Positions 29,034-39,311 of a DNA stretch of 64,000 nucleotides are shown here, piece after piece. This stretch comes from Gammaproteobacteria bacterium. GTDB lineage: Bacteria > Pseudomonadota > Gammaproteobacteria > CBDBNL01 > JAAOII01. The DNA lies in NCBI GenBank assembly GCA_965215225.1, contig OZ244039.1:926552-990551 (forward strand), read 5' to 3'. Positions within the stretch are counted from its first letter, which is position 1. Every line of letters begins with the position of its first letter. The position numbers and the translations under genes are program-made. The notes below the pieces were generated by a model. The model did not search any database. It had not been told where the DNA came from and saw nothing but the letters and a program-made list of their open reading frames with translations.

Positions 29034-30281
29034 CTATAGTCTTATTTGAAAGAAGATGCCGATACTTTCAATGGCATTTAGAGTGCTAATATTTATATCC
29101 TCGCTACTGTCGGGGACTCTTAGAAACTCTGGGTTTGTTAATACATCGATGTTGTCGTAATCATTAAGTGTCAGACTTATAAAACGTAGGGATGCACTAA
29201 ACGCTCTATAGTTGTAGTTAAGACTTAGTATTAAGCCGGGCAGACCTGCGCCAAAACTATCAGCGCCATCACCCACTTCTAGAGTGACCTCTTCTTCAAA
29301 CATAAAGGCTTCACCGACATTGCCTTTATGTTTGTATTCCCCATTGAAATGCAAAACACCTCCTATACTGGTGCTGAAATGACTACTCAAATAGAGATTA
29401 AGCCCAAATTCTAAGGGCAGGGCGGTGTAGGATGCTGATGAGTCTGGTTCAGAGCTGCTGTAGGAAGACTCTTGATAACCAATAGTAGCAAAATAACCTA
29501 AGCCTCGTCTCCACACATTAGGGCGGTAGAATAACTCAAAACCAGTGTTAAATTCAGTGGTTTGTTCTGGCTCGATTGCTGTTTGTTCTTCTACATTGAA
29601 GAAACTGGGCGCACCATTGTATGCCCCGGCATTAAAGATGAATTTAGCTTGAAGTCCTCTCTTTTCAGCTGGCGCCTCTGCCTCAATCGAGGGGATGCTC
29701 TCAACTCTTGGTTCGGGTGTGGGCTGAGGTTCAGGTGGTGGAGGTTCAGGTTGTGGCGGTGCAGGTTGTGGAGGTGCAGGTTGGGGTGCCGGCGCGACTG
29801 GCGGCTGAACAGATTGAACCTGTATTAGGTGAACTAGTGGCCTCCCATAATAGGGCGGGTATTCTAGATAGTATAAAGGAGCCGCTGTCCGAGGTGTGAA
29901 GGCAGTTATGGGCGGGAGAGGTGAGTTATCAAGATTCCAAACGAAGGGAGGTTTTAGAATCTCATTGCCCTCTTGGTTTATGTTATGGACCGAATCAACT
30001 AGTAGATCTATGATCAACTGGCGTTGCGTGGGAATAATGAGGGCGGTGTAGCTGGCCTCTCTACCAGCTAGAGCAAGGAGTATTCCATTGGTTAAGATAT
30101 CTTCTTTTTCGAAGCCAAAAACTGGTTCAGAAAAAACAATAGAAAATCTTATGGGCGTGCTATTTAGCACAATTGGCTGACCAATTAAAGGAGTTATTTG
30201 CACTATGCGAGGCTTTGCATAGCTAAAACTAGCAACCAATAGAAAACTTGCTATGGCTATTCTAATAATGGTGGAATTCAT
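29034..30281 (-). CDS. Exported protein: Ig-like domain, Pro-rich linker, probable outer-membrane beta-barrel
   Basis: Signal peptide; FSIVFSEPVFGFEKEDI (bacterial Ig-like); (PAPPQ)n linker; alternating hydrophobic/aromatic strands in the C-terminal half. Confidence 0.6.
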   Translation of the reverse strand: MNSTIIRIAIASFLLVASFSYAKPRIVQITPLIGQPIVLNSTPIRFSIVFSEPVFGFEKEDILTNGILLALAGREASYTALIIPTQRQLIIDLLVDSVHNINQEGNEILKPPFVWNLDNSPLPPITAFTPRTAAPLYYLEYPPYYGRPLVHLIQVQSVQPPVAPAPQPAPPQPAPPQPEPPPPEPQPTPEPRVESIPSIEAEAPAEKRGLQAKFIFNAGAYNGAPSFFNVEEQTAIEPEQTTEFNTGFELFYRPNVWRRGLGYFATIGYQESSYSSSEPDSSASYTALPLEFGLNLYLSSHFSTSIGGVLHFNGEYKHKGNVGEAFMFEEEVTLEVGDGADSFGAGLPGLILSLNYNYRAFSASLRFISLTLNDYDNIDVLTNPEFLRVPDSSEDINISTLNAIESIGIFFQIRL

Positions 30282-30344
30282 AAATCTAAGTATAATATTT
30301 TGAAATAGCATTATACTTCTAAATAATCTTTTTTTAAATTTATT

Positions 30345-31148
30345 ATGTATTCACTAGCAATATGCGGGTCCAGTGGCAGAATTGGCCGTCTTTTACTTGA
30401 TTCCATACATAATTCAACGGATCTTTCTTTGTATTCGGCAATTGTAGCGGCTGATGAGGGTTTAGAGGGGAAGGATGCAAGTGAAATAATAGGCGGTGAG
30501 GCGACAGGAGTCCGATGTAGCAGCAGAGTAGCTTTCAGTCATGGCCCTTGTGATCTACTGATAGACTTTTCTCACCCAACTGCAACTCAAATGTGTTTGG
30601 CTGCCTGTTTGGCAGCTCAGGTGCCCTTAGTCATAGGGACCACTGGTCATACTGCTGAGCAGCAGGATGCCATCAAAGAGGCTGCCAATTCGCTTCCTAT
30701 CCTTCAAGCAGCCAATATGAGTTTAGGAGTTAATTTGTGTTTGAGTTTGGTCCGACAGGCGGTTGCCGCTTTGACCGATGATTATGATATTGAGATTAGT
30801 GAAGCGCATCATAAGCATAAGATTGATGCGCCCTCAGGGACTGCTCTTGCTTTGGCAGAGGTGGCAGCAGCAGCCAGGGGGAAGGCTTTGGCTGATATTG
30901 CCATCTATGATAGAACTCAAGATTCCACTGAGCGGCGGCAAGGAACTATTGGCTTTCAAGTTGTTCGCGGTGGCGATATTGTTGGGGAACATAGAGTGCA
31001 GCTTATTACCGAGGGCGAGACAGTTGAGATTTGTCATAAGGCAAGATCGCGTAGTATATTTGTCAATGGCGCCATTGAGGCCGGCCTATGGCTTATTAAG
31101 CAAGAAAGACCGGGTCTTTATGCCATGGCTGATCTATTGAAGCTGTGA
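30345..31148 (+). CDS. dapB: 4-hydroxy-tetrahydrodipicolinate reductase
   Basis: IDFS, GTTG, EAHHKHKIDAPSGTA and RGGDIVGEH. Confidence 0.96.
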   Translation: MYSLAICGSSGRIGRLLLDSIHNSTDLSLYSAIVAADEGLEGKDASEIIGGEATGVRCSSRVAFSHGPCDLLIDFSHPTATQMCLAACLAAQVPLVIGTTGHTAEQQDAIKEAANSLPILQAANMSLGVNLCLSLVRQAVAALTDDYDIEISEAHHKHKIDAPSGTALALAEVAAAARGKALADIAIYDRTQDSTERRQGTIGFQVVRGGDIVGEHRVQLITEGETVEICHKARSRSIFVNGAIEAGLWLIKQERPGLYAMADLLKL

Positions 31149-32107
31149 CCTTCCCTGCCGCGTCCTTGAAGCTGGATATCCAAGCCTTTCAAGGAAGGCT
31201 AAATCAGATATTGATTTCCTCTCAGGCTGAATCCCATCAGCTGCTAGAGTATATTTTGACCGCTCAAGGCAAGTGGATTCGTCCTTCGCTAGTTCTTTCC
31301 TTTGCGCGGTTATTCAAATCCGATGAAGAAAAGAGTTACCAATTAGCTGTAGCGGTGGAATATATTCATAGTGCTTCTTTAGTTCATGATGATATTGTTG
31401 ATGAGGCAGAGTTTCGGCGCGGGCTAAAATCAGTTCATCGGGTGTGGGATGAGAAGCGGGCGGTGTTGATAGGTGACTTCCTTTATTCACGTGCTTTTGA
31501 GCTGATAGGGAGCTTTGACATTCCAGAGCTAATACGGATTTTTGCCTCAGTAGCAAATAGACTGAGCCAAGGCGAGCTGAAGCAGCTCAAGATGAAAGGA
31601 CGTCATGGACTGACTAAGAAGGACGATTGGTGTTATGAAGTGATTAAGGAGAAGACCGCCGTCTTTTTTGGTGCTTGTTGTGAGGGAGGGGTCTTAATTA
31701 GTGGGACTGATGAAAAAAGGGCTATGGCGCGTCAATTTGGCTGTGTTCTGGGAATGATTTTTCAGATGCGCGATGACCTGTTGGATTATGGTAAGGTGCC
31801 TGATGATGGCGGCAAAGACCTGTTGCAAGATCTTTCTAAGGGTAAGGTAACCCTGCCATTGCTTTATGCTTATCAAGGGGGGACAGAAGAGGAAAGAGAA
31901 TTGATTCATCAGATTATTGAACAGCCTTCTAGTGAGGGGGTAAGTAAGATTTATAAGATAGTCAATGGATCACAAGCCTATGGACTTATAAGAAAGCGCG
32001 CTATTGACTATGCTGGTGAGGCAAGGGAGATTCTGACGGGATTACCAGCTGGGGATATTCGTGATTCTTTGTTCCATTTGGTAGATAGGATACTAGCTGA
32101 CATCTAG
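31145..32107 (+). CDS. ispB: Polyprenyl (octaprenyl) diphosphate synthase
   Basis: GKWIRP, HDDIVD..RRG, GDFL, KTA and FQMRDDLLDY. Confidence 0.88.
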   Translation: MTFPAASLKLDIQAFQGRLNQILISSQAESHQLLEYILTAQGKWIRPSLVLSFARLFKSDEEKSYQLAVAVEYIHSASLVHDDIVDEAEFRRGLKSVHRVWDEKRAVLIGDFLYSRAFELIGSFDIPELIRIFASVANRLSQGELKQLKMKGRHGLTKKDDWCYEVIKEKTAVFFGACCEGGVLISGTDEKRAMARQFGCVLGMIFQMRDDLLDYGKVPDDGGKDLLQDLSKGKVTLPLLYAYQGGTEEERELIHQIIEQPSSEGVSKIYKIVNGSQAYGLIRKRAIDYAGEAREILTGLPAGDIRDSLFHLVDRILADI

Positions 32108-33016
32108 CAGCTGGGATGCATCTTGCTTGTCTTGTTCTATTTGTTTTGCTAGAACTTCTAAGGAGCTAAATTTTTTCTCTTCCCTTATATATTCAATAAA
32201 CTGAAGTCTTAGTTCTTCGCCTAGGATATTTTGATTAAAGTTCAGTAGGTGGGTTTCTAAGACAGGCTGAGAGGAACCATTGACGGTTGGCCTCACTCCT
32301 AGATTGGTTACAGCTGGATAGGCTCTATTGTGTAAGAAGGCGCGGCATGCAAAAACTCCTCTAATACAAGGGACGAAGTTCTTAAGGTTCAGGTTAGCGG
32401 TTGGTGTTTTGAGTCTGGTTGCTCCTATACCCTGACCCTTGCTAATACGAGCATAGAGAGTATAGGGCTCGCCCAGGTAATTGGCGGCCTGATTAAGTTG
32501 GCGCTGACTGAGTAGTTGCCGAATAAGGCTGCTGCTGATTCGTTGTTTTTGGTAGGTCTGGTCTGGCATAATCTCATGGTCAAAATATCCTCTTTGTTTT
32601 GCTAGTTGGAGGTCATCAACTGTTCCCTGGCGATCACAGCCAAATTGAAAGTCTTTGCCGGTAATAAGATAGGCTGCCCTTAGCTGTTTGACGAGAAAAC
32701 CATGGATGAATTCTTTTGCCGACATGCTGCTGAAGCTATGGTGAAAGTGAATGACTATAAGTTTTTCTACCAGATGGCATGCTAGTAGCCTTATTTTGGT
32801 TCTCAGGTTAATCAGTTGGATGATTGGGCGGGCAAAGAATTGTTCGGGGAGAGGTGCAAAGGTGCAGACAATGGGTTCTAGTCCCCGTGCCGAACTTCTT
32901 TCTTTGAGTAACCTTAAGAGTGCTTGATGCCCTAGATGGACCCCATCAAACTTTCCTATGGCTACCGCGCTGGGTTGCCCTAGTTGTAATCTTGAGCTAT
33001 AGCGAATTAGTTCCAA
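32093..33016 (-). CDS. ribF: Bifunctional riboflavin kinase / FAD synthetase
   Basis: GKFDGVHLGHQ, ISSS.IR, PTANL, GVRPTV and LETHL; start approximate (TTG 33016, or ATG 33061). Confidence 0.94.
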   Translation of the reverse strand: MELIRYSSRLQLGQPSAVAIGKFDGVHLGHQALLRLLKERSSARGLEPIVCTFAPLPEQFFARPIIQLINLRTKIRLLACHLVEKLIVIHFHHSFSSMSAKEFIHGFLVKQLRAAYLITGKDFQFGCDRQGTVDDLQLAKQRGYFDHEIMPDQTYQKQRISSSLIRQLLSQRQLNQAANYLGEPYTLYARISKGQGIGATRLKTPTANLNLKNFVPCIRGVFACRAFLHNRAYPAVTNLGVRPTVNGSSQPVLETHLLNFNQNILGEELRLQFIEYIREEKKFSSLEVLAKQIEQDKQDASQLLDVS

Positions 33017-34533
33017 CGAGGGTTTATGCTGTGCCACTTTAAGCCAGTGGCAAATAGACATAGAAAATATACTAGAGCAGCTGGGATAATGGTGATGGCG
33101 AGCCAGAATACCTGATCTGTCGTTGGCATATTAGCCCAGCTGGAGGCTTCTGGCGCAATATAACTAACTAATAGCCCGAGCATTATCAAAGCAATTCCTA
33201 TCTGACCAAGGAGGCGAAAGGTCTCTTGTCTTAAGATTAATAGCTTGTTGCGATAGAGAATAAATGCTAAGAGGCCGGCATTTAATATGGCTCCTATTGA
33301 GGTAGCAAGTGCTAATCCCACATGGGCTAGAAACCAGATGAGTATCAGGCTGGCAGCAGTGCTAGTGAGAGTCGAGATGGCAGCTATTTTTAACGGTGTC
33401 TTGGCGTTTTGGCGAGCAAAGAAAGCAGAGGATAGTATCTTAATAAGAATGAATGCTGGTAATCCTAGGGCATAGGCTTGAATAGCGGCGGAGGTTTGAG
33501 TGGCGGATTCTATACTAAAGGCGCCATGCTGATATATAGTCATGGTAATTGGTTTAGCCAGCAAGATGAGTCCTAGGGCTGCTGGCAAAGAAAGTATGAG
33601 TGAGAGGTGGATTCCCCAGGAAAGAATAGATCTGTATCTATCGCTGATTTTCTTTTGATAGGAACGAGAGAGATAGGGCAATACGACTACGGTGATGGCA
33701 AGACCAAAAAGACTAACCGGCAAGTAGATGATGCGGTCGGCAAAGTAGAGCCATGAGATGCTTCCAACTACTAGGAAGGATGCAATGACCAGGTCAATTA
33801 GTATGTTGATTTGAACTACTGAACTGCTGATTATTGCCGGAAGTATGAGCCGAATGAAGCGATGGATGCTAGGGTGGATTCTTAGGCGAAATTTGGGACG
33901 GGTCAGTGAGCAGAAGGGTAGTTGCACCAAAAATTGTAGAATACCCGCTACGAGAGCTCCCCAAGCCAAAGCCATAATAGGTGGTTGGGTGTGTAGATAG
34001 AGAGCGCAGCTGATAATAACCAGATTGAGAATAACAGGGGTAAATGCAGGCACAGCGAATCTATTATGACTATGCTGTATAGCAATGTAATAAGAGGTCA
34101 AAGTAATAAAGAATAGGTAGGGGAAGGTGATTCTCAGCATAGATGCAGCTAGGGCTAATTGTTCGGTATTACGGGAGATACCGCCGGCAAACAGTAGGAC
34201 AAAAGGTGTGGGGAAGAGGATGCCTAATAGGGTAACCATACCCACCACTGAGATGAGTAGGCCAAGGACATTTGATAAGAAGACTTTAAGCTGTTGTTTG
34301 TCTTCTTTAGTTTGAAACTCTATTAGGACTGGCAGGAAGGATTGAGTAAAAGCCCCTTCAGCAAACATACGGCGAAAGAAATTGGGAATCTTGAAGGCTA
34401 TGAGAAATGCATCCATAGCACTGCTGCTACCAAATGTATAGGCAAAGATGACATCGCGCAGCATACCAAAGATACGCGATACTAGGGTTCCAAAAGAGGT
34501 AATGAAACCTGAGCTCAGAGGAGAATTTGCCAC
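33007..34533 (-). CDS. murJ: Lipid II flippase MurJ (MviN)
   Basis: SRIFGMLRD, AFKIPNFFRRMFAEGAF and LYFADR; adjacent to ribF. Confidence 0.96.
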   Translation of the reverse strand: MANSPLSSGFITSFGTLVSRIFGMLRDVIFAYTFGSSSAMDAFLIAFKIPNFFRRMFAEGAFTQSFLPVLIEFQTKEDKQQLKVFLSNVLGLLISVVGMVTLLGILFPTPFVLLFAGGISRNTEQLALAASMLRITFPYLFFITLTSYYIAIQHSHNRFAVPAFTPVILNLVIISCALYLHTQPPIMALAWGALVAGILQFLVQLPFCSLTRPKFRLRIHPSIHRFIRLILPAIISSSVVQINILIDLVIASFLVVGSISWLYFADRIIYLPVSLFGLAITVVVLPYLSRSYQKKISDRYRSILSWGIHLSLILSLPAALGLILLAKPITMTIYQHGAFSIESATQTSAAIQAYALGLPAFILIKILSSAFFARQNAKTPLKIAAISTLTSTAASLILIWFLAHVGLALATSIGAILNAGLLAFILYRNKLLILRQETFRLLGQIGIALIMLGLLVSYIAPEASSWANMPTTDQVFWLAITIIPAALVYFLCLFATGLKWHSINPRWN

Positions 34534-34534
34534 G

Positions 34535-36079
34535 CTATACTTTTTTGCGATTACGACGATAGATGATAAAGCTAAGTAGGCTCAGAATCGAGCTAAGAAG
34601 GATCATAGGGACATCGCCGCTCAGCTGATAGGGGGTAAATCCTTGGCGCGGAACTATTTGGGTGGCGAGGACTCTTCGTTGAAATTGAGGTATCCTAGCT
34701 ACTAGCTTACCATTGGGGGCAATTACCCCAGTGATGCCATTATTGGTGCTGCGAATAAGGTAAAGTTGATTTTCCAGCGCCCGCATTCTGGCCAGGTGGC
34801 TATGCTGATGAGGACCAATAGTATCACTAAACCAGCTATCATTGCTTAGAGTGACAAGAAAGTTGGCGCCGCGCGCTTGCTCTGCTATGTATTGACCCTG
34901 AGTGATCTCATAACAGATAGAAGAGGCTATCTTCCACTCACTAGTTTGAAAAGGGGCGGATTTGGTGCCGGGACTAATGGAATAGACCGAAAGATCAAGT
35001 AGGCTGAGCCATCGGCTCAAGTAAGCCTCTAGGGGTATGTATTCACCAAAGGGCACCAGAGTCCTCTTATCATAGACAGGCTGTATATTGGCTAGGCGCG
35101 CCCCTGCCATTAGAATGCTGTTATAGGTCTGCTGGTTTGAATCAATACGGAGAGAACCAATAATCAAAGTGGTGTTAGTTTGGCGGGCAAGAAAATCAAT
35201 GGGATTGTAGAAATTATCTTTGTCTTTATATACATATGGGATGGCAGCCTCAGGCCAGACAATTAGATCCTGATGGATTTGCTCTCTTGTCATTTTGTAA
35301 TAGACATCTCTGATTGCGCCTAGTTGGCTTTCATTCCATTTAAGTTCTTGAGGCGTGTTTGCTTGAATAATGGCGACATCTATGGGTTTTGCAATAGGCT
35401 GAGTCCATTCAAAGAACTGTAATCTAAAACCAATGGCCCAGGGGGCTAGGATAATGAGCAGCAGGATAAAGGCTTTGGATTGATTGCGAAAAACATAGAT
35501 GGTGGGAATTAATAGCGACAGATGAAAAAGGGAAGCCATAGTGATAAGGGCAAGGAAACCTATGAGGAATACTCCTCCTATGGGCGCCCAGTGGGATAGG
35601 GGGCTATCAACCAGCGCGTTGCCAAGTAATAACCATGGGAAACCAACATAAATATGGCTTCTAAGTAGTTCAAACAGAATCCACAATGAGGCAAAGCTGA
35701 GGATTTGCATGGTCTTTGGCACAACGAAGTTGCTGAAAATACTATGGCGGTGATAATTGAATAGGCAGTAAAACAAGCCGAAGAGGCCATAGAACAGTGC
35801 CATAGAGATGCAAAAAAGCCCTGTTATTAAGGTAGCAATTTCTGAGTCTATTCCACCATAGATATACAGGCTGTTATATATCCAACTAGCCCCGCTGCCA
35901 AACAGACCTATGCCAAACAGCCAAGATATGAAAAAACCCCGCCGATAACCCTGCTTATAAAGCAGAAGAAGTAGGGTAAAAACAGCCAAAAGAGAGAGAA
36001 ACCAGTAATTGAAAGGGGCATAGCCTAAGATATAAACGCTGCCCAGACCTAAGGCAAGGATAAGACGAAACAGCATCAT
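34535..36079 (-). CDS. lnt: Apolipoprotein N-acyltransferase
   Basis: GFPW, WPE, K..LVPFGE, ICYE and NDSWF. Confidence 0.95.
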   Translation of the reverse strand: MMLFRLILALGLGSVYILGYAPFNYWFLSLLAVFTLLLLLYKQGYRRGFFISWLFGIGLFGSGASWIYNSLYIYGGIDSEIATLITGLFCISMALFYGLFGLFYCLFNYHRHSIFSNFVVPKTMQILSFASLWILFELLRSHIYVGFPWLLLGNALVDSPLSHWAPIGGVFLIGFLALITMASLFHLSLLIPTIYVFRNQSKAFILLLIILAPWAIGFRLQFFEWTQPIAKPIDVAIIQANTPQELKWNESQLGAIRDVYYKMTREQIHQDLIVWPEAAIPYVYKDKDNFYNPIDFLARQTNTTLIIGSLRIDSNQQTYNSILMAGARLANIQPVYDKRTLVPFGEYIPLEAYLSRWLSLLDLSVYSISPGTKSAPFQTSEWKIASSICYEITQGQYIAEQARGANFLVTLSNDSWFSDTIGPHQHSHLARMRALENQLYLIRSTNNGITGVIAPNGKLVARIPQFQRRVLATQIVPRQGFTPYQLSGDVPMILLSSILSLLSFIIYRRNRKKV

Positions 36080-36912
36080 TTATTCAGGCTTACTTTGAGT
36101 TCTTGTATTCGTCTTTCATCTCTTTTGGTTATTACAAAAATCATATTTTCCAACTCGATGGTTTCTCCTTTTGCGGGTAATTTCTGCAGCTTACGGACTA
36201 GTAACCCGCTTATGGTTTCCGTCTCTTGGTGAGATAGATTTGATGAGAAGAAACTATTAAAATCGACCAAGGAGGTATCTCCTTTGACCCTATAGGTGTT
36301 TGTATTAAAAGGTATCTTAGCAATGGAAGGGTTTTTACGGACATCATGTTCGTCTTCTATTTCTCCTACTATTTCTTCAATGACATCCTCAATAGTGACC
36401 AGTCCAGCAGTTAAACCATGTTCATCAATTACTATAGCCATATGTATTCGTTTATTACGAAACTCATCCAATAGCACATTAACTCTCTTGCTTTCAGGTA
36501 TGAGAATAGCTGGGCGCTTTAATTCATCAAGGTTAATATTCTTCTTCTTTTTAATATGGGGGATCAGATCTTTGGCTAGAAGGATGCCTATGACCTTGTC
36601 TTCTTTATTGAGTATTGGGAAGCGAGAATGGGAGGATTTAATGAGTTGGGGCAAGAAGGTTGCCAAATCGTCCTCTTCTTGAACCGCGGTTATTTGGGCG
36701 CGCGGAATCATTATCTCCCTCACCTGCATAGTAGATATTTTCAAAGTTCCTTCAATAATGCCTAATTCTTTGCGTCCTATGACTCTGTTAGAGGCAAGTT
36801 GCTGAAGAAAACGAATAAGATCCTGCCTTTCTTGGAGAAGGAAGGCTAAACGATAGACTAAAGGGGTTAGAAGAGTAAGCGGATTGACAATACGCTTAAG
36901 AATCTTGATCAC
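36076..36912 (-). CDS. corC: CBS-domain Mg2+/Co2+ transport protein CorC (YbeX)
   Basis: VREIMIPR, HSRFP and GLVTIEDVIEEIVGEIEDEHD; phoH-ybeY-corC-lnt order. Confidence 0.92.
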   Translation of the reverse strand: MIKILKRIVNPLTLLTPLVYRLAFLLQERQDLIRFLQQLASNRVIGRKELGIIEGTLKISTMQVREIMIPRAQITAVQEEDDLATFLPQLIKSSHSRFPILNKEDKVIGILLAKDLIPHIKKKKNINLDELKRPAILIPESKRVNVLLDEFRNKRIHMAIVIDEHGLTAGLVTIEDVIEEIVGEIEDEHDVRKNPSIAKIPFNTNTYRVKGDTSLVDFNSFFSSNLSHQETETISGLLVRKLQKLPAKGETIELENMIFVITKRDERRIQELKVSLNK

Positions 36913-36921
36913 GGTTTTATT

Positions 36922-37398
36922 TTAATCTGGATGAAATAACGAGAAGTTGTTGCTAAGCATCATTGCGTTTTCTATTTTTTCCATTTCTTTGCCATGATTG
37001 AACCCGAGGAGATGAAGGGTCGCATGGATAAATGAAAAAGCCCAGTATTCTTTGAAATCGAGATGGTGGCTACGAGCGTCATTTAGTATGATTTCACCGC
37101 ACATTACTATATCGCCTAATAGGGGTAGTTGTAAAGGAATGCTATCATCACAAGGGAAGCTCAGCACAGTATTATTATCACTATTATGACGGAACTGGGC
37201 AGCCAGATGGAGCATTTCTTCTTTTTCTACTAAGCGAACGCAAAGTTCTAATTCAGTTCGGCCGTGTATCTTATGATTATCTAGCTTGGCTACATGGTCT
37301 ACGGTCTGGCTAAACCACCGCTTAAACTGACTCTTATGGGGGCGATGATATTTATCGGCCGCCTTGATAAGTTCCAGCTTTGTCTTAATCTTTTTCAT
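36922..37398 (-). CDS. ybeY: rRNA maturation endoribonuclease YbeY
   Basis: VLSFP, LGDI and HATLHLLGFNH. Confidence 0.9.
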   Translation of the reverse strand: MKKIKTKLELIKAADKYHRPHKSQFKRWFSQTVDHVAKLDNHKIHGRTELELCVRLVEKEEMLHLAAQFRHNSDNNTVLSFPCDDSIPLQLPLLGDIVMCGEIILNDARSHHLDFKEYWAFSFIHATLHLLGFNHGKEMEKIENAMMLSNNFSLFHPD

Positions 37399-38332
37399 AA
37401 GCCTTAATAATTTTTACTACCAGAGGATGACGGACTACATCCTCAGTAGTTAGTTTGGTTATTCCTATATCTTTGATAGACCTGAGCAAATCTATGGCAT
37501 GGATTAAGCCAGAGGAGGTGTTCAGGTCTATCTGAGTCGGGTCTCCGGTAACCACTGCTTTGGAATTAAAGCCAATACGGGTAAGGAACATCTTCATTTG
37601 TTCACGCGAAGCATTTTGACCCTCATCAAGGATAGCAAAGCAGTTGTTAAGAGTGCGACCGCGCATATAGGCGAGGGCGCTTACCTCTATGATATTCTTA
37701 GAGATTAGTTTTGTGGTCTCTTCAAAGCCTAACATGCTATTGAGAGCGTCAAAGAGAGGTTGCAAGTAGGGATTTATTTTTTCCATAAGAGTGCCTGGCA
37801 GGAATCCAAGGGTCTCACCAGCCTCTACAGCTGGGCGCACCAAACATATGTGAGACATCCTCTTTTGTTTTAGCGCTTCGATGGCGGCTGCCACAGCAAG
37901 AAAGGTCTTGCCTGTGCCAGCCGGTCCTATGACAAACTGGAGGTCATACTTTGTTAGACTATGCATATAGGCCTGTTGATTTTTGCTACGCGGCACTACT
38001 GTCATCTTGGGCGTTTGAATCGAGATCGGGTCTGATATGTTTGTCGAATTGGCGGCGCTTTCTTTCATATTGATATGAACATACTCAGGAGAAATGGTGG
38101 TATGAGACTGGGTATCGGCATAGAGTTTCTTCAACACTCTTACGCTGGCTTTCACTGCTTCAGGCTGCCCAATTAAATTGAAGAGGTGGCCGCGCTGATG
38201 AATCTTAATACCAAACCGAGTCTCAATTTGATGTAGATTTTCATTGCAATGGCCGCACAGAAGGGCAAGCCTTGTGGTATTTACCGGTTGGAGTGATAGT
38301 TTGAAAGCCTCTACTGTTTGAATCTTACTCAA
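37385..38332 (-). CDS. phoH: PhoH-family ATPase (YbeZ)
   Basis: GPAGTGKT, RPAVEAGE.LGFLPG, MRGRTL and LTRIG. Confidence 0.94.
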   Translation of the reverse strand: MSKIQTVEAFKLSLQPVNTTRLALLCGHCNENLHQIETRFGIKIHQRGHLFNLIGQPEAVKASVRVLKKLYADTQSHTTISPEYVHINMKESAANSTNISDPISIQTPKMTVVPRSKNQQAYMHSLTKYDLQFVIGPAGTGKTFLAVAAAIEALKQKRMSHICLVRPAVEAGETLGFLPGTLMEKINPYLQPLFDALNSMLGFEETTKLISKNIIEVSALAYMRGRTLNNCFAILDEGQNASREQMKMFLTRIGFNSKAVVTGDPTQIDLNTSSGLIHAIDLLRSIKDIGITKLTTEDVVRHPLVVKIIKAYEKD

Positions 38333-38423
38333 AATAGTCTTAATGGCATGAGAGCCTCATCATGTTAAGTTTGAAGGCTTCTATTGTTTGAATCTTACTC
38401 AAAATAGTCTTAATGGCATGAGA
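38298..38423 (+). repeat. Duplication of the phoH start region (56 bp, offset 70 bp)
   Basis: 38298-38353 is near-identical to 38368-38423. Confidence 0.88.
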
Positions 38424-38488
38424 ATCCTATTATACAAAGTTAAGTTTGAATAGTTATTTTCTTTGCCCATAAGCTATGAAATTTTAGT

Positions 38489-39013
38489 TTAAGAAGAGAC
38501 TCCTTTATGCTCGGCATCTTGATTAAGAAGACTGACGAGACCTCTTAGTGAATAGACAATGGCCTGTAAGCGAATGGCTTCTCTGTCGCCATTGAAATAG
38601 CAAATAGCAGTTCTATTTCCCTCCACTCCATGCCATCCAAAACAAACTGTGCCTATGGGTTTGGTGGGGCTCCCTCCTTCTGGCCCTGCTATGCCTGTGA
38701 TGGTTGAAACATAGTGATGCTTGTTGTGTCTTGTAGCTGCAGCTATTGCCATGGCCTTGGCACATTCAAGACTCACTGCCCCATGTTCTTCAATGGTAGA
38801 GGATGGCACCCCTAGACTAATCTTGTCTTCATTATGATAAGTGATATAGCCACACTGATACCATAGAGATGCACCTGGTTCAGCGGTGCAATAATAGCCG
38901 AGACCGCCACCAGTGCAGGATTCAACAGTGACAAGATAGGCATTCTTGGAACCTAGCGCTTTTGCCACCTGTCTGACTAATGGTTTAATTTGGGGTGCCA
39001 GTCTAGTCCTCAT
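38489..39013 (-). CDS. pncC: CinA-family NMN amidohydrolase
   Basis: ESCTGG, PGAS, GAVS and TGIAGPEGG..KPIGTV. Confidence 0.9.
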   Translation of the reverse strand: MRTRLAPQIKPLVRQVAKALGSKNAYLVTVESCTGGGLGYYCTAEPGASLWYQCGYITYHNEDKISLGVPSSTIEEHGAVSLECAKAMAIAAATRHNKHHYVSTITGIAGPEGGSPTKPIGTVCFGWHGVEGNRTAICYFNGDREAIRLQAIVYSLRGLVSLLNQDAEHKGVSS

Positions 39014-39200
39014 CCTCTAATATGGCGACCATGTTGAAGTCTTTTTTTGTCGCGCCGCAATCAGGGCAGACCCAACTAGCTGGGACATCTTGCCATGCAG
39101 TGCCTGGCGCTATGCCGTCTTCAGGCCATCCCTCTTCTTCGTCATAGATAAAACCACATACTAGGCATTGCCATTTGCGGAAATTTTTAATCTCATTCAT
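39003..39200 (-). CDS. Rubredoxin
   Basis: CLVCGFIYD..G.P..GIAPGT.W...P..W.CPDCG. Confidence 0.95.
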   Translation of the reverse strand: MNEIKNFRKWQCLVCGFIYDEEEGWPEDGIAPGTAWQDVPASWVCPDCGATKKDFNMVAILEDED

Positions 39201-39311
39201 ATAGGTTTTCAATTATATTTAAGAATTATATGGGTGAGATTGATTTTATTCCTAATAAAGTCTATACTAAGGGCAACTAAATAAAATGTAATTTTCGCTA
39301 AAATTTCTACT

